A stretch of 64,000 nucleotides of DNA from the human T2T-CHM13v2.0 reference genome, Homo sapiens (GCF_009914755.1 NC_060941.1), one strand, 5' to 3'; counted from the first letter of the stretch, positions 1 to 17,498 are shown. Translations and numbers: made by a program. The notes: generated from the sequence alone by a model not told the origin.

Positions 1-35
1 CTAGTCAACTCTATACCCCATAGCAGTCCCCAAAC

Positions 36-3000
36 CTTCTCTCCTTCCACGACATCAAATTCCACAGTCTCCCCATCTCCAACGCTGCGCAGAAACTTCC
101 TGGGGTTGTTTCTTTTAATAGCTGTCTGATTGGGGAAAAGGCCATGTGAAAAGTGAGACAGCAAGACAGGAGTCTCTGTCACCCCTGCTGGGGCCACCAC
201 CCAATTTCATTCTTTCAACATTTGACTTGGGGTCTAGAGCTGGAGGGTGGAGCAAGGAGGTGGTCAAAGTTTAGCAGGGGAAAAGTCCTGAACTCAGGGC
301 CTCAGCAGATTGTGCAGTTACCACCATCCCCAGGATGCACTCCCCGCACCTCCCCTCCCGCCCCGCTTTACCCCTCAGGGATTTCAGAAAGGGAGGCAAG
401 AAATATGAACTCCAAAGCAAAAGGCAGGGACAGCCTTCAGTCGCAAAGTGGGTAGAATGCACTGTGCTTCTTACCTCAGTCCCAGTGAGAGCTCTTTCCA
501 CCAAGCAGTGGTTCTCAAGCTGTAGCGTGCATCAGAATCACCTGGAGAGCTCGTTAAACCGATTGTGGAGCCCCAGCCCCAGCTCTGATTGATTCACCAG
601 GTCTGGGGTGGGACCTGAGAATTCGGATGTCAGGTGATGCTGCTGCCGCTGGTGCAGGGGCCACGCTTTGAGAACCACTGCACCCAAGGACCTTCTCCCT
701 CTGAAAACTGCCTCAGTGCTTCCTGGAGTGTTAACAGGTCCCGGTGGGTAGTAAGCGTGCCATGCCCAGGGGTAACATGCTCAATTCTGACGGACGTTTA
801 GTAACCCAGCACAAGTGCGGCTAATGGTGGTTGACACAGGCACCCAAGGCGGATGGGCCGTTGTGAAGAAGAGCCAGAGAAACATGGCGGAGCGCACTGC
901 TAAGGATTACAGCAAAGGCCTTCAAAGACGGCCGGTTCTTCCCCTCAGAAAGCTAACCTAGCTCTTACCTGGTGAACAAAGACATCTTCCTTGGTGTCAT
1001 TCCTGCAGAACAGGATGGGTCGTTAAGGAAGGGACTTCAACAAAGCCCTCAGCTCCTCACTGAGGTCCCCCTAGATGCCCAGTCTAAGCTCAGTGGGCCC
1101 ATCCTCTCCAGCATTCCAGTTAGGGGTGGACATGGCCTGGGGAATGGGAGGGAGAGCCAGCAGGGCCCCCAGAAGCTGGTGTAAAGAGAGATACACCTAA
1201 AACCTCAGTGCCAAACCTGGACTTCACAAGGAAAGGGCAGGCTGGGGAGGCAAAGGCACCTTGAGGAACCTCAGACAGCTCTGCCCCTGCCGGGACTCCA
1301 CCTTCCACCCCAGGCTAGCCTTACAACCTGCCAGCGCTGGGTGCAACTGTCCCTGGCCAACACCCCCTCCCCCAACCCCCATCAGGGTTGGAAAATTCCA
1401 GTCTTCTTCCTTCTATAGTCAAGGAGGCAGAAAGTGCAGATGGGGCCAGAGGGGCAGAACAAGTTTGAGAAGGGAACAATGTGTCAGGAACTTGCTCTAA
1501 ACAGCTGCCAAACTTTATTCTCATCCTCAGCCTGGAGGTGAATCCCAGAGTCAGGACCACTCTCAACACGCGTGGGACCAAGGGTGAGAGAGAAGAAAAC
1601 ATTCACCCATTCTCTATCATAAGAACCCCAGTGGGTGGGGGGAGGGGAGAAAGGAAAAGTTTTCCTGGAGGCACTCTGCCCCCGACCCAGTCTGCCATTT
1701 CCAGAATTAGACAGGGACCCTTCCCCAGAACAAACGTTTTAGCTTTAAAGCACTTGGATCTGCACAAAGGTCAGCCTGCTAAGAGGGAACTAGGGCCTCC
1801 CAGGAGAGCCAGGCCGGGCAGGATGCCTGGGCTGGGGAAGGGCCCACTGGGGGAGACCTGGCTCTGCTCAGAATCCACTGCCACAGCCTCTCCCGGTGCT
1901 GAGGGGTGGGGCTGCCTACTGAAGGAAAGCAGCAGCCTCTGGCTCCTTCCTCCTGACCCCCACTGTCAGCCTCAGTCCCAACAGGTGGAGGGCTCGAATG
2001 AGCCACAGCTCTTTAAGGGAGTTGAGTTGTGAGTGCTGCCATAACAGGAAATCAGTTGAGGATTCCAGCCGGGGGCCCTGAGGCACAGAGAACCCTATAA
2101 TACATTCTGCCCCAAAGGCATGTCAGAGTAAAAGTAATGAAGCAATTCCAGAAGGTGAGATGAGAAGCTGGCAGGGTCAGAGCCAGGTTTGCCAAGTTCC
2201 TGAATCATTAATCCTCCGCTACCCTTGAAGATGCGGAGGAGGCTTCCTCTTGTCACGAAGCACACATTTGTGCTGCGGTTAAAGGCTTTCAACCAGCATC
2301 AGCTGGACATTGCAACCATGTGCCTCCGCAGGGGTCGATGAGGTTGGGCGGGTGTCCAGTCCCACAGGCCAGCTGGGAAGACACCCATTCCACCCCCGCC
2401 CTGGGTTCCTTGGATACCTGTTGATGAATCCGTAACCATTCCGGACGTTGAACCATTTGACAGTGCCCAGGACTTGGATTGCTGCCAGGCAGAGATGCAG
2501 TGGGGACAGTGAGATGGGGGGAAGAGATGGAGTTGAACTCAGTTTTGAGACACTCCAAAACAAAAAAAAATCTAGCCTACTGCCTTATTACCTATTCAGG
2601 TTACCTTCAAGCCAACCAGGTTTCACTAGTAGCTTCAAGGTATTCCTACCCTAGTCCACCAAATGAAATCACCCACACAGGGACTCAGGCTTTCAAAAAG
2701 CCTTCCAACTCTAAGTCACGTTCCCCACATCCTACAAATCCAGCCCCTTCACCTAGAACTGGGTACTCACCTGGTCTGCAAAGTGCCGCCCCCAGGTCAT
2801 AACTGAGGGTTTTTCTAGCCCTCCCAATGCAAGGGTCCCCAGTGCACCTGCTTGCCAGGCTCAGAGGTTTGCCTAGTTCTAACCCAGTCAACTAGGCACT
2901 GTGTCCCGCCCGGGGGCGTGGCCGGACCCTGGGGCTTTATTCTCCACCCCAAGACCTTAGCTGAACCTGCCGGCCCCGCCCTCTCTCCCAGGAAGGTACG

Positions 3001-3443
3001 GCAGGATTTCCCACCAGGGGAATCCACTTTGGTGCGCAGCTCCCAGCCCAGTTAGCGCTCTGGGCCTGCGGGCCAGGCCGCCTTTGGTTTTCCGGATCCT
3101 GCCGGGCTCCACACTGCCCCTCCCCCAGCCCGCCGACCCCTCAGAGCCGCCCTGTGCGCGCCTGCCCCTCACCCAGCACCGGCTTGTCCGCCTGACTCCG
3201 GGCCGGGGGGGCGGGGGTTCCCGAGACCGCCGTCGCCGGATTGCCAGGGGTGCGGGAGCCCGGCGCCGAGGGGGTCCCAGCAGCGGGGCCCGAGGCGGCT
3301 CCGCCCCCGCCGCCCGCCCCGCCGCCTTTCTGCGGCTCCCCTGCGGGCACCGGTACCACCACCGCTACCACCCCTGCCGCCGTCGCGGGCACCGTCGCCG
3401 CGGGGACCGCTGTAGCCCCCGCTGCCGCCTCCACCTCGCTCAT
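36..3443 (-). CDS. YBX2: Y-box binding protein 2 (MSY2/contrin), coding exons 1-4; gene continues beyond window start
   Basis: Exons 3173-3443 (ATG 3443-3441; [19 protein letters not shown]...ADKPVL), 2418-2481 ([22 protein letters not shown]), 969-1002 ([11 protein letters not shown]), 36-125 ([30 protein letters not shown]). All junctions GT-AG and in phase. Cold-shock domain RNP1 (NGYGFI) and RNP2 (VFVH) motifs present. Confidence 0.97.
506..680. mobile_element. MER5A-like hAT-Charlie MITE in YBX2 intron 3
   Basis: Terminal inverted repeats CAGTGGTTCTCAA (506-518) / TTGAGAACCACTG (668-680); internal gcatcagaatcacctggagagct typical of MER5A; degenerate 8-bp flanks ccaccaag/cacccaag. Confidence 0.85.
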
Positions 3444-4100
3444 CCCGCCGGGTCCAGTACCGGCCACAGCCGCCACCGCCCCGGCCCCTCCCCCCGGCTC
3501 GCGAACCCACCGCCCTGCTCGGTCCTCGCGCCCCGAGCCTCGCCCACACGCCGGCAGCGGGCCCGGAGCCGAGGCCAATGGCAGCCCGCTGCCGCCGCTC
3601 GCGCAGACCCCGCCTCCCGACCACGGGCCAATCCCAGCCCAGCAGCACCCCCGGACCGCACGCCGACCCCGCCTCCCGGACTTCGCACCGCGGCCCCGGC
3701 CCCCGCCAGCCGCCCAGTAAGTACACCTGGGCCCCGCCCCCTGGCCGCCACGTGACGGCCCCCGGCCCAACCCATTGGCCGGCGGCCCCTTTCCCCTCCC
3801 CCCTCCGCCCCTTTCCACCGGCCGCGGGAAATCAAACGGGCCGGTCGCGCCCCAACCGCCACCTGGCCTCTGCGGGAAGGGCGGGGCCGGGGCCGCAGTG
3901 CCAAGGTTGCCCCTAACGACCTGAGCGAGGGGCGGGAATCTGCAGCCTCGGTTCTGGCAGTGAGTAGCACCGCTCGCCTCCACCCTCGAGACCGACCTTG
4001 CCCGTATGCTGCCAGGTGCAGACGCCTTCCGGCCACCACCGCCCTTGGCACCCTCTCCCCACAGGACGGCCCTGCACACCCTGGGGCTGCGGGATCCAAC
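2900..4100 (-). promoter_or_regulatory. YBX2 CpG-island promoter
   Basis: Very CpG-rich. CCAAT at 3575-3579 and 3628-3632, ATTGG at 3774-3778, E-box CACGTG at 3749-3754, several GC boxes upstream of the ATG. Confidence 0.8.
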
Positions 4101-4192
4101 CGCAGGATAGGCTGGAAAGCGCAGCAGAATGGTTTTCCCGGCTCACACTTGCTCCCATGAGCCAGGACCCCCTACTTTTCTTTTTTCTTTCT

Positions 4193-4225
<33 letters not shown>

Positions 4226-5277
4226 AGACAGGGTCTCGCCCTGTCGCCCAGACTAGAGTGCAGTGGCGCGATCTCGGCTCGCTACAACCTCCGCCTCCCT
4301 GGTTCAAGCGATTCTCCTGCCTTGAGCCACCTCAAGGTGGCTCCCGGCCTGCCCCTACCTATGTTTGTATTGGAAACAAGGTTTACAAGTAGTACAATGC
4401 GCAATTCTTCTTCGCTGAGTTTGTTTGTTTGTTTGTTTTGACACAAGGTCTCCCTCTGTCGCCCGGGCTGGAGCGCAGTGCGCGATCTGGGCTCACTGCA
4501 GCCTCTGCCTCCCGGGTTCAAGCGATTCTCCCTCCTCAGCCTCCTGAGTACCTGGAATTACAGGCTTGCGCCACCACAACCTGGCTAATTTCTGTATTTT
4601 TAGTAGAGATGGGGTTTCACCATATTGGCCAGGCTGGTCTCGAACTCCTGACCTCTGGTGATCCGCCCGCCTCAGCCTCCCAAAGTGTTGGGATGACAGG
4701 GTAAGCCACCGTGCCCGGCCTTCGCTGAGTTTTGATCAATGTGTCCACCCATGTGGCCCATACCGACCGCTGCAGCTCTGATGTCTACCGCCCTAGACTG
4801 GCTTTGGGGTCTCTCACGTCTGTATGCCGGGGGCTGTGGTCTCCGGCCAGGCGTCAAGCTCCAGCGGACTCGAGGCCTTTTGCACATGCGGTTTCCTCTG
4901 CCGAAAACGCGCCTTCGTGTCTCCAGGTGGCTCTCTCCAAGCAGCAGCTTACGTGCCACTCTTCGCCATCACACCATTCCTTATTTTTCTAATGGCATTT
5001 TTGAAAATATGACATGATCCTGACCATTTGCTTATTTTATTTCCCTGCACACAGTGGGCTGTAAACTCCACAGCAGTAAGAGCCTTGTAGTTAAGCTGGA
5101 CGCCTGCAGCAGTGCCTGGTACAACGTACACGTTCAATATTTATCGAATACATGAACGGCCCCCATTCCACAGATGAGAGGACTGAGGGGCAGTGCGAGG
5201 CTTGTACCAGGTTTCTCGGGAGCCTGGGAAGATTAAGAAAATGGGCCGGGCGCGGTGGCTCACGCCTGTAATCCCAG

Positions 5278-5640
5278 AAAAACGAGGCTCCAGCAGTATC
5301 TCCTCCCTAGGGCCGCCTCCCCCACCAGGGAGGACGCGGGTGCGCGTTGTATTTTTAGCCAGGGCAGCGCGCCCCGGGGCAGCACACGTGCCCCCAGGCG
5401 CTGCTGGGCAAGCCCCACGTGCGCTTCCCAAGGGCTGGCGTCCTCCGCGTCTCCTTCGCCGCCAGCTGCCCGCAGCAGCCGCAGTCGCCTCTCCCGGTCC
5501 CGGCGCGCCCTCTGCCGGCCGCTCCCGGAGGCCGCCGGATTCCGCTTCCTCGCTGACCCTCCACTTGCTATCGCCCGCCGCACCCCTCCGGCCCTTTCAG
5601 AGTTGAAGATTCGGATTTCCGGGGCATCGGGCACAGTGGA
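5278..5640. promoter_or_regulatory. Orphan CpG-rich segment (promoter-like)
   Basis: High CpG density, E-boxes (cacgtg) and ETS-like cgcttcct; no assignable coding exon. Confidence 0.45.
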
Positions 5641-5942
5641 CAGAAAAAGAGAAGAGACAAGAAAACAACTAAGTAGCAAGACGAGGCCGTGAAGCATACA
5701 AGAATGACCACTGGCCTTAGACTGTTAAGGACCGACTTACCCGTGCCTAGCCCTGAGCTCAAGAAATTGGAGAAGCCTAAGACCAAGACTGGGGAAGGCA
5801 GGCAAGAAACCTCACAGTGTGACCGCTGCAGCAAAAGAATCACATGGAAGGCGGAGCTCAGGAGTGGGCCCGTTAGCTACAGGCTGGAGGGTGAGAAGAG
5901 AGGACCTAGGAAGGGAAGCTGAACCTTTTTGTAGTAAGATTA

Positions 5943-6475
<533 letters not shown>

Positions 6476-6486
6476 TCACGATGTCA

Positions 6487-7306
<820 letters not shown>

Positions 7307-7383
7307 CTATGTGCTCTCCATCCCCATGGAGGAGAATTCGCAGATACCACGGAGCGATGCAGCTCATTGTCCTCTTCAGTTGA

Positions 7384-7587
<204 letters not shown>

Positions 7588-8463
7588 TAGTAGAGACGGG
7601 GTTTCACAGTGTTCGCCAGGATGGTCTCGATCTCCTGACCTCGTGATCTGACCGCCTCAGCCTCCCAAAGTGCTGGGATTACAGGCGTGAGCCACTGCGC
7701 CCAGCCTTTCTTTTTCTTTTTTGAGACAGGGTCCCACTCTGTCACCCAGGCTGGAGTGCAGTGGCACAATCTCAGCTCACTACAGCCTCCACCTTGAAGG
7801 CTCAAGTGATCCTCCCATCTCAACCTCCCACCTGTAGTTAACTGGCCCACTCCTGAGCTGGGACTACAGGCACATGCCACCATGCCCGGATAATTTTTTT
7901 GAACTTTTTGTAGAGAGGGGGTTTCACCCTAGTGAACTCCTGGGCTCAAGCCATTGCCCACCTTGGCCTTCCAAAGTGCTGGGATTACAGGTGTGAGCCA
8001 CCAAGCCTGGCCATAATTTTCTGGTTATTTAAATATTTTTAAGTACTATAGATAACAAGGGCTCCAGGAATTCTAGTGAAAAGGCTTCCTTCTTTTTCTG
8101 TCGCTTCCTTTCCATTAGTTCCTGCTCACCTGAAGTGTTCTTTACCTGACTGTTTTGTTCATTACTTAAAAACAAAAACAGGCTGGGTGCAGTGGCTCAT
8201 GTTTGTAATCTCAGCACTTTGGGAGGCCAAGGCAGGAGAATTGCTTGAGCTCAGGAGTTCAAGACCAGCCTGGGCAACATAATGAGACCCCGTCTTTTCA
8301 AAAAATACAAAAATTAACTGAAGATGGTGACATGCACCTGTAGTCCCAGCTACCTGGGAGGCTGAGGTGGGAGGATTGCTTGAGCCTAGGAGGTCAGGGC
8401 TGCAGTGAGTGGTGATTGTGCCCCTGCAGTTTAGCCTGAGTGACAGAGTGACACCCTGTCTCA

Positions 8464-8885
<422 letters not shown>

Positions 8886-10110
8886 TCACAACCCACCAAC
8901 CCAAATCTGGTTTCTGCCCCATCACTCCACTGCGACAGCTTCAGCAATGCCCCACTGTCCCTTCTCAGTTGAGACGTGCAGTGGATGGCTTTGGTTCCCT
9001 TTGGACTCCGTCAAATGAAGTGTTCCTGCCACAGCTTCCACAACCCAACCTTCCCTGTCACCTCACACCTCTCCTGTTATGCTTGTTCTCCTTCTCCAAC
9101 CCCACTGTTTCCTAGGCCATGTTTTCCTGTCTTCTCTTTTTTTTTGTTTTTTTGAGATACAGTCTCACTCTGTCACCCAGGCTGGAGTGCAGTGGCACGA
9201 TCTCAGCCCACTGCAACCTCTGCCTCCCGTGTTCAAGTGAATTTCCTGCCTCGGCCTCCTGAGATAGAGTAGCTGGGATTTCAGGCACGCCCAGCTAATT
9301 TTTGTATTTTTAGTAGAGATGGAGTTTCACCATGATGGCCAGGCTGGTCTCGAACTCCTGACCTCAAGTGATCACCCACCTCGGCCTCCCAAACTGCCAG
9401 GATTATAGATGTGAGCCATCGCACCCAGACAACCCTTCTTTAGATTGTTCTATCCATTTCCCTGGCTTCGGTGACCACTTTCTGATGGCTCTCAAATTTG
9501 TGTCTCCACTCCTGAGTCCCTCCCACCTTCTGCCAGATGCCCAAGTCAGGGAGTCTCTCCAGCCAACAGCTCCTCAGGCTTCTGGAATTTGATGCATCCA
9601 AGTCTAAGCTTCTCTTTTTCCTCCCTCCGTTCTCCCTCCTCACTGAGTTTACGTCATCACCACTTATCCACAGTCATTTTGCGTAGAACAGTCTCCCTGG
9701 AGGCCCAGGATTAGCACAATAAAGGTGAAGATTTGTGTGATCAAACTGAGATAATATTTGAACGATTGAAAAAATGGTGTCAGCTGAGTGCGGTGGCTCA
9801 TGCCTGTAATCCCAAGACTTTTGGAGGCCAAGGTGGGAGGATTGCTTGAGCCCAGGAGTTTGAGATTAGCCTGGGCAACATAGCAAGACCCTGTCTCTAC
9901 AAAAACTTAAAAAAAAAAATTAGCCAGATGTGGTGGTGCACCCTAGCTACTCAGGAGGCTGAGTTAGGAGGATCACTTGAGCCTGGGAAGTCCAAGCTGT
10001 GGTGGGCCCTCTTCACACCACTGCACTGTAGCCTGGGCAACAGAGCGAGACTCCGTCTCAAAAAAAAAAAAAAAAAAAAGAAAGAAAGAAAGAAACAAAA
10101 GAAAAGATGA

Positions 10111-10515
<405 letters not shown>

Positions 10516-11401
10516 TAGCCAGGATGGTCTTGATCTCCTGACCTCGTGATCCGCCCGCCTCGGCCTCCCAAAGTGCTGGGATTACAGGCGTGAGCCACCG
10601 CGCCCGGCTGGCACATTTATTGATTGATTGATTGAGACAGAGTTTTGCTCTTGTTGCCCAGGCTGGAGTGCAGTGGCGCACTTTGGCTCACTGCAACCTC
10701 TGCCTCCTGGGTTCAAGTGATTCTCTTGCCTCAGCCTCGCAAGTAGCTGGGATTACAGGTGTGCACCACCATGCCTGGCTAATTTTTGTATCTTTAGTAG
10801 AGATGGGGTTTCGCCATGTTGGCCAGGCTGGCTTTAAACTCCTGACCTCAAGTGATCTGCCCACCTCGGCCTCCCAAAATGCTGGGATTACAGGCGTGAG
10901 CCACTGCGCTTGGCCACACATTTATTCTTTAGCTGCTCTTTCCACTGTCCTTCCCTCTTTGCAGGCTGGGCTAGCACTCTGTCAAAGCCTTGACATTTTC
11001 TCCAGCCTCTACCTCCTTGTCTTATCTGCTGTATGTTTTTGTGTGCATTTTCAATTTCCCTAAATAACATCTTGTTATAGATTTCGTTCTGATCTTATTT
11101 GCAGTTAGTACTATGTGGTTAAAATCCACCCATGCTCTATGATGATCAAAGCTATTGCTGCGCCATGCTCTGCAGTATGAGTTGTGCCACATTTTACCTG
11201 CTCACAGTTCCACTGAGGAGCACCCATGGCACCTCCAATTCTCAACCACAACAAATAATATGGCACTGAACTTTTTTTTTTCCAGACATGGTCTTGCTCT
11301 GTCACCCCAGCTGGGGTGCAGTGGCATGACCAGGGGTCACTCCAGTCTTGACCTCCTGTGCTCAAGTGATCCTCCCACCTCAGCCTCCTCACCTCAAGTG
11401 A

Positions 11402-11737
<336 letters not shown>

Positions 11738-12574
11738 TAATTTTTTTTGGTATTTTTAGTAGAGATGGGATTTCACCGTGTTGGCTAGGCTGGTCTCGAA
11801 CTCCTGACCTCATGATCCGCCCGCCTTGGCCTCCCAAAGTGCTGGGATTACAGGCGTGAGCCAGTGCGCCCGGCCGCCAGGATGCATCTTAAAAACACAT
11901 TGCTTAGAGAAAAAGGGTAAGAAACAGGATGAGACATATACAACAGGCTGGGGGCGGTGGCTCACACTTATAATCCCAGCACTTTGGGAGGCCGAGGTGG
12001 GATGATTGTTTGCAGCCAGGAGTTTGAAACCCGCCTGGGCAACATAGGGAAACTCCGTCTCAACAAATAATTTAAAAAATTACCCAGGCATGGTGGCACA
12101 CAGCTGTAGTCCCAGCTACTTGGGAGGGGCTGAGGTGGGAAGATTGCTTGGGCCTGGGAGGTCAAGGCTGCAGTGAGCTATGATCCTGCCACTGCACTCC
12201 AGCCTGGGTGACACAGCCAGACCCTGTCTCAAAAAAAAAGCAAAAAAACATATACAATGATATGACATACATAAAAAGAATCATTCCCACAAACAACAAA
12301 CCATGTCTCTCAGAGTATATCAAAACCAAAAGACGTGCAACATTGTAATTGCTTGTGGAGGAGCAGGGAAGTAAATGGGGTTGGGGGTGTTAAAAAAGCA
12401 AAAAATCAAGCAAACGTAGGAATGAATGAAATGTTCTATCCTGCTTAAAACTCTCCAGTGACTTCCCATTGAAAACTCATAGGTGAAGCTCAAGCCCTTT
12501 AGCTTAAATCTAAAGGCCCAAGATCTAACCCACTGCCACCCTACCCACCCAGGTCTCAAGCACTGCCTCCTGAC

Positions 12575-12750
12575 CAGTCTTGCTGACATTGCTACATGTG
12601 GCTATTTCAGTTTAATTAAAATAAAATTTAAAATTCAGTTCCTAAGTCTCACCAGCCACATTTCAAAAGCTCAATAGCCATATGAGGCTCTTGGATACTG
12701 TATTAGCACAAATAGAGAACATTTCTGCCCTCAAAGGTCTAGCAAACAGC
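12575..12750. mobile_element. MER3/MER33-like DNA transposon fragment
   Basis: gctacatgtggcta...aaattcagttcc...agccacatttcaa...ctcaatagcca resembles the recalled MER3 consensus. Confidence 0.6.
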
Positions 12751-12880
12751 ACTACTATTCAACCAACTCTATTTTTTATTTTTATTTTTTTTGAGACAGG
12801 GTCTCATTCTGTCGCTCAGGCTGGAGTGCAGTGGCACAATCACGGCTCACTGCAGCCCTGACCTTCCCAGGCTCACATGA

Positions 12881-13087
<207 letters not shown>

Positions 13088-13304
13088 TAAATCTCAGTAC
13101 TCAGGATACTAAATCTTCTGTTCTAAAAGTTTCAGAAATCGTTTCTTATTTGAATTAATTTCACTGAGATTTCTTGAGTGCTTTCCTCTGACCATCTGGA
13201 CTGGGAGACAAGTGCACCAGTAACTACCATGATAATCTCAGTGCTGGTTAGCAACTGCGTGGGTCACCTTCTGAAAATATTTCACATAGTTTACAATAAA
13301 ATAT

Positions 13305-13410
13305 GCATATTCCTTTATTTCTTCAACAAACATTTATTGAGCACCTACTGTGTGCCAGGTGCTAAAACGTGCTAAGGTATCGTAGTGAATTAGACATACA
13401 AGATCCCTGT
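13305..13410 (-). mobile_element. L2 3'-end fragment
   Basis: ttcaacaaacatttattgagcacctactgtgtgccagg is the diagnostic L2 terminal motif. Confidence 0.75.
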
Positions 13411-13586
13411 GGCAGGCCGGGTGCAGTGGCTCATGCCTGTAATCCCAGCACTTTGGAAGGCCAAGGCGGGCAGACCATCAGAGGTCAGGAGTTTGAGACC
13501 AGCCTGATCTACATGGTGAAACCCTGTCTCTACTAAAAATACAAAAATTAGCTGGGCGTGGTGGTGCACGCCTGTAATCCCAGCTA

Positions 13587-13740
<154 letters not shown>

Positions 13741-14090
13741 TCAGCCTCCAGAATAGCTGAGATTATAGGCATGAGCAACTATGCCTGGCAGTTTTCAATA
13801 ATATCTGAATTCTAATCATGGTAAGTGGGTGTAGCCACAAGGAAGTAGGAAATAAATGTGTATGTCTTTAAGACAAGATAGAACCCGATCAATTGTGTTT
13901 GAATTTTTTCTTTTCTCTTTCTTTCTTTCTTTCTCTTTCTCTCTCTCTTTCTTTCTTTTCTTTTTTTTTTTTTTTTTTTGATGAAGTTTCGCTCTTGTTG
14001 CCCAGGCTGGAGTGCAATGGTGCGATCTCGGCTCACCGCAACCTCCGCCTACCGGGTTGATTCTCCTGCCTCAGTCTTCCGAGTAGCTGA

Positions 14091-14544
<454 letters not shown>

Positions 14545-14959
14545 TGATCTGCCCACCTCGACCTCCCAAAGTGCTGGGATTACCGGTGTGAGCCACCGTG
14601 CCTGGCCGAATCATTTCTCTCTGTTTTGTTTTGTGTGTGTTTTTTTTTTTTTTTTGAGCCTCCCTAGCAGCTGAGATTACAGGCATGCGCCACCACACCT
14701 GGCTAATTTTTTTGTTTGTTTGTTTTCTTTTCTTTTTTTTTTTGAGGTGGAGTCTCACTCTGTCGCCCAGGCTGGCCTGAGTGCAGTGGTAGGATCTTGG
14801 CTCTCTGCAACCTCTGAAGCCCGAGTTCAAGCAATTCTCCTGCCTCAGCCTCCTGTGTAGCTGGGATTACAGGCACCTGCCACTGCGCCTAGCTAATTTT
14901 TGTATTTTTAGTAGAGATGGGGTTTCACCATTTTGGCCAGGCTGGTTTTGAACTCCTGA

Positions 14960-15170
<211 letters not shown>

Positions 15171-15790
15171 TAGCTGTAACTACTGCCCGAGTAGCTGGAA
15201 CTACTGGCACATGCCACCACGCCCGGCTAATTTTTTGTATTTTTAGTAGAAATGGGGTTTCACCGTGTTAGCCAGGATGGTCTCGATCTCCTGACCTTGT
15301 GATTCGCCCACCTCGGCCTCCCAAAGTGCTGGGTTTACAGGCGTGAGCCACCGCGCCCGGCCCAAGAAGGAAACTTCTATGTGAACAGAAGAGAAATGCT
15401 CAATATATAAATTAGAAAGAAGGTCAGGCTAAGTGTGGTGGCTCACGCCTGTAATCCCAGCACTTCGGGAGGCCGAGGAGGGTGCATCACGAGGTCAGGA
15501 GTTCAAGATCAGCCTAGCCAAGATGATGAAACCCCGTCTCTACTAAAAATAGACAAATTAGCCAGGCGTGGTGGCAGGTGCCTGTAATCCCAGCTACTCA
15601 GGAGGCCGAGGCAGGAGAATCGCTTGAACCCGAGAGGCGGAGGTTGCAGTGAGCTAGATCGTGCCACTGCACTCCAGCTCGAGTGACAGGGCAAGAATCC
15701 GTCTCAAAAAAAAAAAAAAGTAATAATGTTGCTTTGAACATTTATGTACAACATTTCTGTTTTTTTCTTTTCTTCTTTTTTTTTTTTTGA

Positions 15791-15949
<159 letters not shown>

Positions 15950-16224
15950 TGATGGAGTTTTGCTCTTGTTGCCCAGGCTGGAGCACAACGGCATGATCTC
16001 GGCTCATTGCAACCTCTGCTTCAAGCTATTCTCCTGCCTCAGCCTCCTGAGTAGCTGGGATTACAGGCATGCGCCACCACACTAGGCTAATTTTGTATTT
16101 TTAGTAGAGATGGGGTTTCTCCATGTTGGTCAGGCTGGTCTCAAACTCCCGACCTCAGGTGATCCACCCGTCTCAGCCTCCCAAAGTGTTGGGATTGCAG
16201 GCGTGAGCCACTGCGCCCGGCTAT

Positions 16225-16860
16225 TCTAGATGTTTTCTAAGAGTGGAATCATAGAATATGTGACCTTTTGCATCTTGACTTTTTTCACTTAGCATAATGT
16301 TTTCCAATATTCATCCAGTTATAGCACGTACTTCATCTCTTTTTATGGCTAAATAATATTCCACTGTATAGATATACCACATTTTAAAAATCCATTCATC
16401 TATTGACAGACATTTGGGTTCTTTCCACCTTTTTTGCTACTGTGAATAACTGCTGCTAATGAACACTCACATGCCCGGATTTGCTTTTTTTTTTTTTTGA
16501 GATGGAGTCTTGCTCTGTTGCCCAGGCTGGAGTGCAGTGGCGAGATCTCAGCTCACTGCAAGCTCCACCTCCCAGGTTTGCCATTCTCCTGCCTCAGCCT
16601 CCCAAATAGCTGGGATTACAGGCGCCCACAACCAGGCCCGGCTAATTTTTTTATTTTTAGTAGAGGCGGGGTGTCACCGTGTTAGCCAGGATGGTCTCCA
16701 TCTCCCGACCTCATGAGCCGCCCGCCTCGGCCTCCCAAAGTGCTGGGATTACAGGCGTGAGCCACCGCACCCGGCCCGGATTTTCTTTGAGTACCTGTTT
16801 TTAATTCATTGGGAGTATATATACGTTGGAGTGGAATTGCTGGGTCACATGAACAATACA
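16225..16860 (-). mobile_element. Old L1M 3' fragment interrupted by an Alu
   Basis: agtggaatcatagaatatgtgacc...ttcacttagcataatgttttc...ccattcatctattgacagacatttggg...agtggaattgctgggtcac. Confidence 0.7.
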
Positions 16861-17498
16861 TACTTTGCTTTGAGAAAAGCAGGTGTTGGACTTTTGAACA
16901 ATGTACTCACAAAGTTGTTTGCGTTTTTTTGTTTTTGTTTTTGTTTTTTTTTTTTACAAAGGAAAGGGCATGAATTTCAGAAAATTGAGGGGAAGTAGCT
17001 GGGGGTTAGCATAACAGGCTACACAAATGTAGTAATTCAATCTAGTGTTTGCAGTTCACATGTATCGTGTCACAAGACTTTTTTTTTTTCTTTTTTAAGA
17101 AACAGGTTCTCTGTTGCCCAGGCTCAAGTGCAGTGGTGGGGATTATAGCTCAATGAAGCCTCGAACTCCTAGACTCAAGCTATCCCTCCACCTCAGCCTC
17201 CCAAGAAAGAGTAGCTAGGTCTACAGGCACCAGCCACTGAGCTGAGCTTTTCTTGTTTTTGTTTTTTTAATTTTTTATTTGTAGAGATGGGCCGTTGTTA
17301 TGTTGCCCAGTCTGGTCTGTAACTGCTAGCCTCACGGGAGCCTCCCACCTTGACCTCCCAAAAAGCTAAGACTACAGGTATGAGCCACTATGCCCAACCC
17401 ATGTTGCAGAATTTTTGCAACGTCCTGAAAAATTGGGAAGTTCAGGCATCATTATTATTCTCATTTTATGGGAAGAAAATTAAGGCAGAGCTATCTGA

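Noticed and set aside
3084-4099. Long overlapping ORFs on both strands around YBX2 exon 1
   Set aside because: These reflect stop-codon scarcity in a CpG island. Only the frame from ATG 3443 splices into the cold-shock domain.
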